The notes beneath the pieces were generated by a model that saw only the letters and a list, made by a program, of their open reading frames with translations, ran no database searches and was not told the DNA's origin. A stretch of DNA of 64,000 nt, from IMG/VR virus record IMGVR_UViG_3300032050_000002; one strand, given 5' to 3'. How positions within the stretch are numbered: position 1 is the first letter of the stretch; each line of letters opens with the position of its first letter. The translations under genes were made by a program, and so were the position numbers. Source of the stretch: a virus. Taxonomy: Duplodnaviria > Caudoviricetes. Positions 8,034 to 20,778 of the stretch are shown piece by piece.

Positions 8034-8315
8034 ATGACAGAAAAGGAATTTGAAGCAATCGGAAATATTATGGATAACTTTGATTTTGACAAAGTTCACG
8101 AAGTTATGAGTTTACTTAAATGGGAATGGGTTGGCACCGAAAATGGTGTTCCAAGTAAGTCCGAGTTAAGAAGTGAAGCGAGAAGATTATTGAAGATGTC
8201 GATTAATGATAAAACAAGAGTTTCAACAGGTGGATTTGAAGTTGATTACATTAATGATGGAGATGGATTTGTTGAGTTAAAATTTGTTGTTTCACAATGG
8301 GATTCAGAAATTTAA
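8034..8315 (+). CDS. Hypothetical phage protein (true start 8034)
   Basis: TTTG(7998)-N20-TATCTTTG(8022)-tatt-ATG. Confidence 0.65.
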   Translation: MTEKEFEAIGNIMDNFDFDKVHEVMSLLKWEWVGTENGVPSKSELRSEARRLLKMSINDKTRVSTGGFEVDYINDGDGFVELKFVVSQWDSEI

Positions 8316-8935
8316 AAATTTAAAAATATGGAAGATAGAATACAAATAAACGGAGTTTGGTATGTTAAGGCGGACAGCTATGTTGATAAACCAATACCTA
8401 CTATATCAGTTAGTCTTTTTGATGAGGATGGGATTATATACAACCAAAATTGTATGTTTGAAACTGAGGACTTCATATTTAGAGCGGTTGTTCTTATTGA
8501 TGGGGATGGTGAATTAAAATATAAAAATAGTTTATATATTGAATTTATTGATAAGCGACCTGAACCTTGGAAAGAAGAACATTGGGATAATCCAACGTGG
8601 TTAAATGGTGTTATATTAAACAATACTGACTCAATCAAGGTGTTGGAAGAACTTAAAATGTCACCAAGCGCAATTGCAACTTTCAGAGACTTTTTGATTT
8701 ATTTAAGAGATGAAAAGGAATGGCTTTAAAAGGAACACTACATAAAGATGATAATGATAAGTGGCATGTAATACATTTTCAAGCTACTTTAAACGGTCCT
8801 TTATTTCAATCACTACCAATAGTGAAAGATACATTCGATATCAACAATCCAAAACCAATAGTTGTATTGAAAGAAGGTAAGGAAGTAGAGTTTGAAGTTA
8901 TTGATGGAATGTATGCTAAATTAATAAAATAAAAT

Positions 8936-9256
8936 ATGAAATTAAAATTAAGTATTATCGCATTGGCGATTGTTGGTCTTACTTCCTGTGCAGACCCAGG
9001 AACAACTCAGTTACGATTAAATGGTAATGAATCAAATTTACCTGATGAATTGAAAGGGTTAAAAATATATTCAGTTGCAACTGATGGAGGTCACTATGTT
9101 AGAGTTGCTATATTAAATAATCAAGTTAATTCAACAACTTACACTGTAGGTAAACATACTCAATCATTAATACTTGTGAATAAACAAGATGGTAAACTAA
9201 TTGAGGTTGGTAGTGTTTTGATGGAAAATGATAGTTTAATTATTTGTAGAAAATAA
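8936..9256 (+). CDS. Putative lipoprotein
   Basis: Signal peptide with LTSC lipobox. Confidence 0.65.
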   Translation: MKLKLSIIALAIVGLTSCADPGTTQLRLNGNESNLPDELKGLKIYSVATDGGHYVRVAILNNQVNSTTYTVGKHTQSLILVNKQDGKLIEVGSVLMENDSLIICRK

Positions 9257-9682
9257 ATTATGAAAACACGACAAGAGATAGAGCAGTTAGCTCAAGAAGA
9301 ATACAAGGATAATTTACACAATCCATTCTTTACTGCGGCACCAATGGGTTATATCAAGGGCTACATTCAATGCCAAGAAGATATGAAGAAAGAATTATAT
9401 GAGTTTGGTAAACTTGTATTAGATACATTTCATTCTGAGGGTAAAACTCATAGTGGTGAGGCAAGATTAGCGAGAATAAAGTATCACGAATGGTTTAATG
9501 AATTATGAAACATTATTTAAGATACACTTTAAAAATACTTTTTGGGTTTATGATTATCATATCATTAGATGTTATGTTGAAAAAAGTAGACCCATCTGTC
9601 GGAGACTCGTGGCTTTTCATAACACTTGTTTTATACACAGGATATTGTTATATTGATTATAGAATAGAAGATAAAGATTAAA

Positions 9683-10051
9683 ATGAAAGCGCAAGAATTA
9701 AGAATAGGGAATTTAGTAGATTTAGGTAATAGAATTGCCAAGGTTATTGATATAGGCCATCTATCTTGCACGGTAGTTGATTTGGAAGAAACTCAAGATA
9801 CCTTAGAGGATTATGAAAGAACCAAAGGTATTCCACTAACAGATGAATGGTTGGAGAAGTTTGGGTTTGATATAAAAGATAAGGACAGATTGGATTGGGT
9901 TAAAGGAGCGTTTAACTTAGAAAGGTCTAATGAAGATAATAATAAATTCTGTTTTGAGGTTTACTCTCATTACATTCCTTTAGATTATGTTCACCAATTA
10001 CAAAACTTATACTTTGCCTTAACAAGGGAAGAATTAACAATTAAATTATGA
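9683..10051 (+). CDS. Hypothetical phage protein (ELRIGN...VHQLQNLYFALT type)
   Basis: Motif pattern I associate with Bacteroidota phage orphans. Confidence 0.55.
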   Translation: MKAQELRIGNLVDLGNRIAKVIDIGHLSCTVVDLEETQDTLEDYERTKGIPLTDEWLEKFGFDIKDKDRLDWVKGAFNLERSNEDNNKFCFEVYSHYIPLDYVHQLQNLYFALTREELTIKL

Positions 10052-10917
10052 ATAAAGAGTATAAAATAACAAGAGAACAATTTGAGGAGATTACATACTA
10101 CAAAACTATGTTTGAGTCTCATGCCGATACAATAAAATGGCTCTGTGAAAAGGAAAAAGATGATGTGGTATATGGATTTCAATTAGGACAAACATATTCT
10201 CATATGAGACAATGTTTTATTGGCATGTTGGAATTAGAAACAAAGATTAGAGAACAAAACAGAAATGATGAGTAAACGAACTAAAATAAATTTCAATACT
10301 ATTAATGGTGATAATTGGAAAAAACTTGATGTTGGTGACTTTGGTGCTCGTATCAAAGAACAAGAAAGATTAGAGTTTGAGAAGAAAAAGAAAAAAGAGG
10401 AAGAAGAAAAAGAACGTATTAATAATATACCTTGTCCTGCTTGCACATCAACAAACAAACATCACCATAAAAAATATGAAAATAATGGTATCATTGGGAC
10501 TGGTTATTCTTCTTGGTTAATTGAAGAATATCTAGTATGTTTGCAGTGTGGAATACATTTTAGTGATATTAAAAAATGAAAAACAATATGACAATAGAAA
10601 CATTAAAACAATTAATTGAAATTGAGTTTGAAAGAACTGGAACCATATCTCAATTCAAACACGAAGTATTCAGGTTATTAGACCTATACGAATCTGATAA
10701 GAAACCTATATCACTTCCAAATGTAAATTATTCACCGACTCTAACTTTAGAGGGTAACGGAATGGTGCCTTATTCTGAACTTTGTGGTTGTAATCCCAAA
10801 AATGGTGGTAGTGGTATTTGTGGATGTGTAATCGGAAACAAGATGGTACCAAATGTAAAAACCAAACAATATAATACACCTGGAACTTGGTAATTAAATT
10901 TAAAAAATAAAAATAAT

Positions 10918-11490
10918 ATGGGACTAATAGAACACGCAAAAATGGAATTAGAAATAGCAGGACTTTTTGATGAAGATTCTGACTATGCTGGAATGGTGGC
11001 AAAGGATGTGATGGAATTGGTAGAGGTATTTGCAAAACAAGGTCATTCAGGAATGTCAGCACCTTATGTAGCAAAACTATTTAATAAATTAGCCAACTAT
11101 GAACCACTACAACCAATTACCGGTAAAGATGAAGAGTGGGGTGATGTAAGAGATTTGGGAGGTGATAAATCTTGGTATCAAAACAAAAGATGTTCAGCTC
11201 TCTTTAAAGATGGTAAAGATGGTCAAGCGTATTACATTGATGCGGTTATTAAACGAGACCAAAATGGAACTTGTTGGAGTGGTATGGCTTGGTTATCTGA
11301 AGAAGATTATAAAACAGGTGATAGAAGTAAGATGGTTGGTAAGAAAGGTTATGTAAAATCATTTCCATTCACACCTAAAACATTCTACATTGATGTTAAG
11401 GATGTTGAAGTTGCAAAAGATGATTGGGAATCGTTTGTTGTTGACCCTTCTCAATTGGATGAAGTTAGTGAGTATTATGATTTAAAATAA
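10918..11490 (+). CDS. Hypothetical phage protein
   Basis: 190-aa ORF with QGHSGMSA motif, followed by a terminator. Confidence 0.6.
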   Translation: MGLIEHAKMELEIAGLFDEDSDYAGMVAKDVMELVEVFAKQGHSGMSAPYVAKLFNKLANYEPLQPITGKDEEWGDVRDLGGDKSWYQNKRCSALFKDGKDGQAYYIDAVIKRDQNGTCWSGMAWLSEEDYKTGDRSKMVGKKGYVKSFPFTPKTFYIDVKDVEVAKDDWESFVVDPSQLDEVSEYYDLK

Positions 11491-11494
11491 GAAG

Positions 11495-11527
11495 AATCCC
11501 AATCAGTATAATGATTGGGGTTTTTTT
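11495..11527 (+). terminator. Intrinsic terminator
   Basis: AATCCCAATCA-loop-TGATTGGGGTT + T7. Confidence 0.75.
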
Positions 11528-11561
11528 GTTTATGGTGATATTTATATTAAAAAATATAATA

Positions 11562-12344
11562 ATGAAAAATTTATTATTAATATCAGAAGAAGAACGAAAA
11601 AATATTTTGAATTTTTATTATATAAAAGAACAGAGGTCTGATTTTGCTATGGATAGACAAGGTAACGCATTAGCTAATACAATTGGTGTTAGAAGTGACT
11701 CGGATTACAAAAAAGTTAATAGAATAATAAAAACCGCAGAAGATGAAGCAAAATATGTAGTGAAAGACCCACACACTCTATTGTTAATTACTCAAATAGC
11801 AACCGCCTTTATCCCTGTTGTGGGAGTTTTTATTAGTGCGGGTATTGGATTTGCAGACGCTGCGTTATATTACAATGAAGGAGACAAAAAAACCGCCGGA
11901 ATGACCGCAATGTTTTCGGTCTTACCTTTATTGGGAACCGTGGTTTCAAAAATACCTGCGATTAATAAATTAGGTCAAAAAGGTATGAAAGCGTTATCTA
12001 CAAAATTGGCTAAAAAAGGTTCGAATGCAAAATTAACTGCGAACGAATTAGAAGTTGTTAATGGAATATCAAAAGAAAACTCATTAATAACTCAAGAACT
12101 AAATCAATATAGTAAAAATATCACAAATAACGCCAGTAATAAAGTCACAAATAATAAAACAAAAAAAGTTTTAAAAAACATCGCTAAAAGTGGTTTAAAA
12201 TTTGCGGGGATAACCGGTGCTTATATGGGTGCGGGTTTGACTTATAGTGCGGCGTATGATAAATATAATAATACATCAACAATTGATTTAAATACTCCTC
12301 CACCTGAAAGTGCTAAAAAGGTTGCCGCAGGAATACAATGGTAA
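11562..12344 (+). CDS. I/L-x-E leader protein with pre-toxin-TG-like hydrophobic segment
   Basis: TATTTAT 11539; MKNLLLISEEERKNIL; FIPVVG...ADAALYY.EGD...AG......LP. Confidence 0.5.
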   Translation: MKNLLLISEEERKNILNFYYIKEQRSDFAMDRQGNALANTIGVRSDSDYKKVNRIIKTAEDEAKYVVKDPHTLLLITQIATAFIPVVGVFISAGIGFADAALYYNEGDKKTAGMTAMFSVLPLLGTVVSKIPAINKLGQKGMKALSTKLAKKGSNAKLTANELEVVNGISKENSLITQELNQYSKNITNNASNKVTNNKTKKVLKNIAKSGLKFAGITGAYMGAGLTYSAAYDKYNNTSTIDLNTPPPESAKKVAAGIQW

Positions 12345-12366
12345 ATAAAATAAAATAAAATAAAAA

Positions 12367-13098
12367 ATGAAAAAATTTATAATTACTGAAGAAGAAAAAA
12401 ATAACATTCTTAAAATGTATAATGTTAATTTATTAAATGAGGACATATTTAGTTCGTTTATTGGTGCATTGTCTAAATTCGCAAGAAAAGCCATCACTCA
12501 ATCTGAAGATGATTTAATAAGAGCGTTTAGAACAAGTGAAGTTGCGTTATCTAAAAATATTGATGATATTGTTAATTTATCAATAAAAAGCGGTAAAATT
12601 GATGATATACAAACTTTAGAAGCAAAATTAATACATGCTTTCGACCCAAGCGGAACCAATCCCCAAATGGCGCAAGAACAAACTAAAAAATTTCTTAATA
12701 GTTATGCTAAAAGTAAGGGTAATACTGGGTGGAAAGATATTAGGTCTAAGGCACAACCTAGTCAGTCAGGAAGTGCCGCTCAATCAAATACGGCCGGAGC
12801 TTCAACAAGTGCGGTACGTAATATGTTTTCAGGAAATAGGATTTCAAATCGGTCATTTGGTGCCGATACCGAATGGTCTAAATATATTGAGTGGGATAAA
12901 ATTTTAAACGCTAAAAACATGGACGATTATAATAAGTTAATTGCTAAAGCAATTAAAACTGGTGATTATAGTCGTATATCTTCAAAAGGATTTGAAAGAT
13001 TTGGAATTGTTAATTTTAGAGATTTTCTTAAAAACAATATTACTAAAGTAAATGAAGTTATCCCTGAAACTGGAAGATGGAGCGTTGTATTTAAATAA
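12367..13098 (+). CDS. I/L-x-E leader protein, hypothetical
   Basis: MKKFIITEEEKNNILKM is identical to the start of 36109..36399. Confidence 0.6.
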   Translation: MKKFIITEEEKNNILKMYNVNLLNEDIFSSFIGALSKFARKAITQSEDDLIRAFRTSEVALSKNIDDIVNLSIKSGKIDDIQTLEAKLIHAFDPSGTNPQMAQEQTKKFLNSYAKSKGNTGWKDIRSKAQPSQSGSAAQSNTAGASTSAVRNMFSGNRISNRSFGADTEWSKYIEWDKILNAKNMDDYNKLIAKAIKTGDYSRISSKGFERFGIVNFRDFLKNNITKVNEVIPETGRWSVVFK

Positions 13099-14709
13099 GT
13101 TTTAATATATGAAAATATTAATAACTGAAAATAAACTTGAAAAAGTAGTTCAAAATGAGATTAACTATCAATTGGATTATTTAAAAAAACTTAAAGAAGA
13201 AAATGAAGACAACATTCCTGACAACATTAGTGATGGTACTTGGGAAGATATCCATGTCGTTGAGAAAATTAAAGTCGAAGATAGTAGGGTCAGTGAGTTT
13301 AAAATCACTCCTGAAAAAGTTTACATTTTTACCTTGGGTTTTGTTTATGATAGCGTTACTGGTATTGCGGTTGATGATATTCTCTATGATATACAAGGTC
13401 TATGTAGAGAATCATTAGGACTAAACATACATTTTAATTTAGGTGAAGTAATAAACAGATATAACGAATATGGTCAGTGGTAATGAATATATTTAAAAAG
13501 TTTTTACTTATATTATTTTTCTTTATCACAACATCTTTCGGTCAAGGAAATGAAACCGAGACTTACGTTAGTTGGAAACAATCAAACTCAGGATATTGGT
13601 CTCCAAACAGAGGATTTAATGTCTACAATGATTTTGATTTTATGATAACAAGAACTGTTTATCCTGATAACTATGGTTACTATACGTTTTATTTTTGGTT
13701 ATATTCGCAAAGTTATTATTGGGATGGTTATAGAGCTTCTTATACATCTACAAATATAAGAAATGTTACGGTTCATATTAGTGAAGGTGGAGGATTAAAA
13801 TTAGTTGCTTATGATTATTCACCTTTAGGGATAACTTTCTATGGTCAGTATTGTCCAAGTAATTTAATATTTAGAAGTAAATTAAAATCACCACTATATT
13901 ATATAAGATGGGGTAATATGTCAGCATTATGAGCGAACTAGAAAACAATATAATGGAAAAAAGATTCTCATTTTCAATCAAAGATATGAAGTGGGTTATA
14001 TCTACATTAGTCATCGCAATAGGTTGGGTTATAACAATTGTATTTTGGGTTCAAGATAAGAACAAACAAAAAAATAGAATAGAAACTTTAGAGACAAAAA
14101 ATGTTACATTAGAGAGACAAGTTGCAACACTCCAAGGACAGATTGAGGGTGTTAATCAAGCGACAAAAGTATTTATGGAATATCCACCATCTGAGAGTAG
14201 ATTTAGAATAGAATTATTGGAAAAAAGAGTGGATAAGATTGAAAATATAAGTGGTGTACAGGTAGATAAAGCTATTGAAAGTACGTCAGCACCAATTAAA
14301 AGAAATATAAGATGAGCGAATCAATTTACGATAAAAAACAGATATTTCAAAACTTAGTAAAATCAACAGAAAAATTAAAAGACCTTTTTAATTTAGTTGA
14401 TAAATATTACGAAATATATGAAATTGTTATAGACGATAAAGATATTAGCCCCAATTATGGTTTGGATATGGTTCTTTATCGAGTAATTATAAAAATAGAA
14501 ATGGATAATCCTAGTATTGAAGAATTATCAGGTGAACTTAAAAAACTTGAAAAAGTATTTGAATCTTCTTTTGGAAAAGTTTCATTTGATAAATTTGGAT
14601 TGATAAAAAAACCTACATCAGAAAACGTTACTTACGCCGGTAGTTTAGTTAATAGTCTTATAATGCAAAACGATATTATGACTTTAGATGTGCATTGCCA
14701 TTTTATGAG

Positions 14710-15792
14710 TTAATACTGAATTCTTTTCATATAAGTTCCATCATCATAACATTCAATAACAAATCCCTTATAATTTTCATCAACTTCTTTACCTTCTAAA
14801 GAAATTAGTTTTACAATCTTTCTATTAATATCATTTCTAATTCCAATGATATCGGAATATTCAAAGTTACCATCGTAGTCAATTTGTTTTAATCTGTAAT
14901 AATTAATTGAGTTATTTATAAATTCATAATCATTGTACTGATATAATTGTTCTTGTAAAGTCGTACCATTACCAAATACAATACCGATACTAGACCAATT
15001 AATCGCGTCTAAACTCCTTCCAACTTCAAAGTGACTATTGTTTGTTTCACTAAATGTTTTCCAATTTAAATTATTATATTTACCATCATTTGTTCCATTA
15101 AAATTTACAAGTTGAACTGGTAGTGGGGCGCAAGGAGCAATTTCATATAGTTCCATATTATCTAACCACCATTCTTCTCCAGCGGCATTTACCCTACAAA
15201 GAATATCTATAGCGATTTGAGATATACCTGTTAAAGTTAAAGTAATATCCGAATAACCATCTCCTGTTGTTGTTCTATTTCCTCCACCCGCAGGAGTATA
15301 CGTTGTTAAAGCACCATTTGCGGTTTTATTAATAACTCCTAAAGTATTATAATTCCAAGTTGCATTATTATTTCCCGTTATTCTAATTTCCGATGTATAA
15401 GATATTTCACCATTTGTTGATACTTGAACCTCAACTAAATCAGGAGAATCAACCCCTCTTGTTGTTGCGGTTGAATTTGAAAATACATAAGAACCTAATC
15501 TAAATTTAAATTGATATGTATATGAAGGGTTTAATCCTGTTATATTAGGAAGAACATACCAATCTTGTTCTATTGCCGAACTTCCAGCTCCATTACCATA
15601 AATAACAGCACTTGTTGTAGGTGAGACTGAAGCATCAATAAAGTAAGAACTATTTAAAGTATTACCAAACCAAAGTCCAACCCAATCATAAGTTTCAATA
15701 TAATCATACGCAACTAAAGTGGTACAAGTCTGTGACCTAACAAACGAAGATAGTGTAATAAATAGTATGATGATATATTTCCTCATACCCAT
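14710..15792 (-). CDS. Secreted Bacteroidota-type protein with T9SS-cargo-like C-terminal region
   Basis: Signal peptide; PLPVQLVNF...W.T.SETNNSHFEV.RS.D...YYRLKQIDYDG.FEYS module. Confidence 0.7.
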   Translation of the reverse strand: MGMRKYIIILFITLSSFVRSQTCTTLVAYDYIETYDWVGLWFGNTLNSSYFIDASVSPTTSAVIYGNGAGSSAIEQDWYVLPNITGLNPSYTYQFKFRLGSYVFSNSTATTRGVDSPDLVEVQVSTNGEISYTSEIRITGNNNATWNYNTLGVINKTANGALTTYTPAGGGNRTTTGDGYSDITLTLTGISQIAIDILCRVNAAGEEWWLDNMELYEIAPCAPLPVQLVNFNGTNDGKYNNLNWKTFSETNNSHFEVGRSLDAINWSSIGIVFGNGTTLQEQLYQYNDYEFINNSINYYRLKQIDYDGNFEYSDIIGIRNDINRKIVKLISLEGKEVDENYKGFVIECYDDGTYMKRIQY

Positions 15793-15816
15793 AAATACGA
15801 TAAAACTAATATATAG

Positions 15817-15975
15817 TTACCACTTTAAGAAAAAAATATCTCTAATGTAATATATTGTTACAACCGCCCAAGCCATAACCTCAGACCAATCCTGTTCGGC
15901 ACAGGAAGATAAGATACATAATAAAGAGAATACTAATCCGAAAATATTTAATAATTTAATTGTTAAATTATTCAT
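15817..15975 (-). CDS. 52-aa membrane microprotein (not in ORF track)
   Basis: MNNLTIKLLNIFGLVFSLLCILSSCAEQDWSEVMAWAVVTIYYIRDIFFLKW*. Confidence 0.5.
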   Translation of the reverse strand: MNNLTIKLLNIFGLVFSLLCILSSCAEQDWSEVMAWAVVTIYYIRDIFFLKW

Positions 15976-17670
15976 TGTTTATTTACTTTAAAGTTATTAA
16001 TAGGGTAATCCAATTCAATCTCCCAATCCTTATGTTGTTTATGAACAAAATAAAGTAAGTTTTTAACCTTATCTGCATGATTCATATCAACGAGTTTAAA
16101 TGTCATTTCTTTAACATATTTACCGTTATCGATAGAGTATTCAATTGCTGATAACGTGGCAACAGTGTCTTTCTCATACATAATAACATTCTCAGACGAG
16201 TAAAACCCTACGGTGTCAATTTTTTTTAGTCCAGTACAACTTACTATTAACACTGAACCTAAAATTAATAATTTTTTCATTTTTTATTAGGGTTAAATAA
16301 ATTAATATTATCTTTTAAAACCTCATTCATCTCAACAATTGATTTGTGATAACTAATTGCCGCATTATGAAATTTAATATTATTTTCAATAACCTCCAAA
16401 TATTCTTTACCCAAAGATAAAGATTTTATAGGGTTATTATCATAGATAATGCCAAGAGTTTTTTGTTGCATATCCAAAAAATTTTTAAATACCATTTCAA
16501 AGTGTTCCATATTATTTGTAGTTTAATATTACAAATATAGTAAATGTTCTAAATAAAATCAAATTATTAATATAACAACTGAATATGAGTTTTATATATC
16601 TTATAACCCATATCAATCTTTGAAGTTATTTGGGGAATTGAGAACTCAACAATATCATTAATCTCCAAAATGGTTTTCTCCTGTAAATCACAAACAGACT
16701 CATTCTTAAAATACTTATAATTTTTCATCTCAACCTTTTCAAGTAGATATTGATAGTTTTGTTTAAAATTACTGAGTTCCTTATTTAATTTTTCTAAATG
16801 AAGTAAATGAGGAGATAACATTTTTTGTAAAAAAGAATCCTCAACTTTTCTTAAATAAGATAACAAAACATATTGTTTGATTTCATAATCAAACGGATGT
16901 TCATAATACCAAGTTAAGTTTAAAAGTTCCATACTATTATAAATATAGTGATATTTATTGGATATATGAAGTTGAACGAAAATATATTAAGGGTAAAAGA
17001 GATAATGGGTATTAATGAATCGGCAGACGCTGGTGAAAATGATATTAGTTTTGCAATTGATGCTGTATTAAACACCACTTTTGTAGAACCTAACAAAGAT
17101 ATCGTATGTAAAGTTAAAGTTATACACCCCAAAAATATTGAAGTTTTAATGGGTCAACAAAAATATGTTCAGTATAAATTAGTTATTACATTTATAGGTG
17201 GTTACGGAACAAAATATTGGCCAAGAACAATGGCTGTAAATGATATGTATGAAAAATTAATGGATGAGGCTTGGTTTTTAGTATATAATTTTGTGGGTAA
17301 ATCAACCGCAGTATTTTCAGAATACGTTAAAGAGTGTGACTCTACTGAAAAAGAGGTCGAACGCGTCCATCGGGGTATATTAAATATATAGAGTAAAAGG
17401 CGGTAGGTCCGTCAATAGTTTTTGGAAATATTAAATTGTGAACATCATCAATTTTTGCCGCTAAATCAGCAATATAAAGAGTAGGAACAAAATCCTCATT
17501 TGAAGTAACATTATATTTAAAAACAGGATAAGAGTCTTTCCAACCACTTAATTTGGTATCCGAAACTTCAATTTCAATTTCTTTAACCCAATCAAATTTA
17601 TCTTCATTAAAAAACGATTGCAAATAACCTTTAATTACTTTCGATATTTTATGTTCATTAATTTTAAAAT

Positions 17671-18711
17671 TCATTTTATTTTAATTCTTTTATCTTGAGA
17701 GTCGGAGTATATTTTTTCATTCAAACAGTAGTAACTACCTTTAATATCACCATTAATTTGATTTAAAATTAAGTCGACAGTTGATTTAAATTCAGGTCTA
17801 CCTTGGCCGTACATTTTATTATCAGAAATTAATATAATATCATCATAATCTTCCTCATTTTCATACGGTTTAATATTTAAAACCGATAAAGGATTTTGAA
17901 TATTCTTATCATTATTTTTAATTAGATAAGAGATTAATGAACCTTCTTTAACATCATTTAATAAGTAGTTAACATTCTGACCCTCTTCTTTTCTATCGTT
18001 AATTTCCTTCTCTATTTCAATTATTTTTTTGTAAAGTTGTCTAATTTTTTCTTGTTTTTCGTAAGGAATTACTTCCCTCTCAGGAAAGAAAAATGCGGAT
18101 GCAACTTCTTTAGGTCCACTCTCAGCTTCAGCTTTATAAGTCTCGTATTTCATTTTGGCTTCCCTTAATGAATTTTCAAGTTCTTTAATTCTTAACGAAT
18201 CAGAGTGACCCATAGTCATACAATTAGTCCAATTTCTATCTGTATCTGAACCGGCAATATCATAAGGATGTCTTGATATTACAACCATTAGATTAGATGC
18301 GTCAGATGTTAAAGATTTCCTTGATTCATCAGATACAAATTTTTTCATTAAAGCGTCAGATTTAAGTCTTGATAATGCTTTACCAATAGTTGTTACATTT
18401 TTTGAATCACCATACTTAGCGGTTCCTTTAACGTAATCCAATACTTTATATCCATTATCTTCTAAAAACTTTGTAACTTCTTTTTGAGTTTCTGATACGG
18501 GACCTTCTTGTGAAGATGATTGTAATGGAATGTAGATTCTATAATAGTTTCTATCGTGACCATACTTATCGCCAAGTGTTTTAAATATGTCAGAATACCT
18601 TTCTCTATTAAATTCTTTTGCGTATTTTCTAAATTGAGATGGTTTTAAGACCTCATTAACCATTTTAATGATAACTTTTTTTAATTCAGGTTCAGTTAAT
18701 CTTAATCTCAT
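17671..18711 (-). CDS. I/L-x-E leader protein, hypothetical
   Basis: MRLRLTEPEL; TATTTAT on minus strand at 18717-18723. Confidence 0.6.
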   Translation of the reverse strand: MRLRLTEPELKKVIIKMVNEVLKPSQFRKYAKEFNRERYSDIFKTLGDKYGHDRNYYRIYIPLQSSSQEGPVSETQKEVTKFLEDNGYKVLDYVKGTAKYGDSKNVTTIGKALSRLKSDALMKKFVSDESRKSLTSDASNLMVVISRHPYDIAGSDTDRNWTNCMTMGHSDSLRIKELENSLREAKMKYETYKAEAESGPKEVASAFFFPEREVIPYEKQEKIRQLYKKIIEIEKEINDRKEEGQNVNYLLNDVKEGSLISYLIKNNDKNIQNPLSVLNIKPYENEEDYDDIILISDNKMYGQGRPEFKSTVDLILNQINGDIKGSYYCLNEKIYSDSQDKRIKIK

Positions 18712-19346
18712 AAACTATAAATATACAAATAAATTAAAACATAAATATATTTATTTAATATGCAAAACAAAAAATATATTGAAAAATTAAAAAAATTAGT
18801 TGATGAACACGGACTAAATTATGTGTCAAAATTATTAGGTATTTCCAAACTTAAACTGGCAAGACTTTCTGATATGGTTATTGGTGATGCGGATATAGCT
18901 TATGATATTATTAATTTATTATTTTATGATGGAGAATTAATTAAAGACTTTGAACACGATGGATTTAATGTTGTAATTGGGTATGATGGTTTGGAAGGCA
19001 CGGTTACTTGGGTAATAGAAAGTAAAACAACTTATTATTCTGAAGATGATGAAACAGAAATAATAACTTGTTACGCAACTCCATTTTGGGAGGGAGAATC
19101 AAATATACCAATTGATGTTACTTCTTACACAATAGTTGATGATAATCACGATGTTATATTTGAAATAGAGGGAGAAATTCAAGGAGATTATTATAAAAAC
19201 ATTACTATAGGTTCGGTATATAAAAATGTTGATACTCTTATAGAATGGTATGAAGAAAAATATATACCAATAGTTTTTAATACAGTAAGAAATTTATTTT
19301 TACCTAAGCTTAGAGAAAGAGCTAGTAAAGAAAGAGATTGGTTATC

Positions 19347-19904
19347 CTAATCCCTAACTTTAAACATAATCGATAACCTTTTAAAACCTCTCCAACCACT
19401 ACATATCTCCCAACGATACTCTAACTCAGAGTGAGGAAGAAAATCATCTTCAAATTGAATTCCAATATTTGTTTTAGTAATCTTATTAATTATGTCATTA
19501 TCAATATTATTGAACATATTACAAACAAAGTCATTATATTTTGTTTTGGCCAAATCCAAAGAACCCTGACCGTACAAATCTACTAATTTAATTAAATCCT
19601 GTTTAGTAGAAACTTTAAACATAGGTTCAGAATACATTGTCCAATTTTTTACCTTAGATTTTTTGTATTTCTTTATCTCAATCTTATCACCATTTTGACT
19701 TACGGCATCATATTTCTCGAATGTGGAATCTGACATTGGTTTGAATTTATTAATATCAAAATTTACCGAAAGTATTTTTGAAAAGTTGCAAGGACCTTGA
19801 CCAGTCCATTTTATCTTAGGAGATTTAGTTATTTTTTTCCAACCTTTTGATTCACAAATTGTGTTCTCGAATTGAACACCAATTATATTTCTACTTTGAC
19901 TCAT
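19347..19904 (-). CDS. Possible PD-(D/E)xK nuclease
   Basis: FEKYDAV...KIEIKK pattern. Confidence 0.4.
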   Translation of the reverse strand: MSQSRNIIGVQFENTICESKGWKKITKSPKIKWTGQGPCNFSKILSVNFDINKFKPMSDSTFEKYDAVSQNGDKIEIKKYKKSKVKNWTMYSEPMFKVSTKQDLIKLVDLYGQGSLDLAKTKYNDFVCNMFNNIDNDIINKITKTNIGIQFEDDFLPHSELEYRWEICSGWRGFKRLSIMFKVRD

Positions 19905-20778
19905 ACTTAATATTATTAAAATAATATTAAATGGTCAAATTAATTTTCATCATCTAAATCAAACTCATCCTCATCATCAAATTCCTCATCTTCATCATTC
20001 GGATTAGACTCCCAAGTCTCATATCTATCAGACAAAGAATTAAATGTTATATCGTAGTTATGTTTTACAAATTCTTTAAAAGTGTCAACCCATTTATCAC
20101 TAAATGTTAAATCAAGTTCCTTTTTTATATCATTATCCATATACAATATTGGAGAATTGATATCATTTACCCCTTCATTAACCCACTCAAATGCAACATC
20201 TTGGTTACCCCAATTACCGAAATAAAAATACATACGGTCACCATCTTCATTACCAAATTCATCTTCAGCATAAGTCCAATTAAGTTCACCTTTATCATTA
20301 TGTTCAAATAAATTTAGGATGTATTCAAACATTAATGATTTAAGTTTATTTTCCGTTATTAGATATTTCATATTACCAAAAAAACCAATTAAATGTTTTA
20401 TTTCCTTTAGAGGATAAATCTATTTTATGAAATTCCAAAAAAAACTTTTCAAAAGTTTCATCACCAAAAAGTTCATAAAGGTATTCTAACTCAGGATTTA
20501 CACTCCACCTTTCTTGAGCATGATAATAATCATTATCCGAATACTCTTCAATTATTAATTCACCATCTTGAGTATAGTATTCTGTTTTGAATATGTCGTA
20601 TTCTCTACTATAATCATTAGAGCCAAGGCCTATATGTTTTAATTTTGAATCTAATGGTTTTAATAGAATAGGCATTGTTAACTCAATGTGACGAATCATG
20701 ACCGATAACATCCTACTTTCTGTGATTAGATATTTCATATAAATTATAAATATACGAAAAATTATAATATTTATTTGT

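Noticed and set aside
18717-18723. TATAAATA as a T4-type late promoter
   Set aside because: Relative to the adjacent start codons the motif consistently reads TATTTAT on the coding strand, the opposite orientation to T4.
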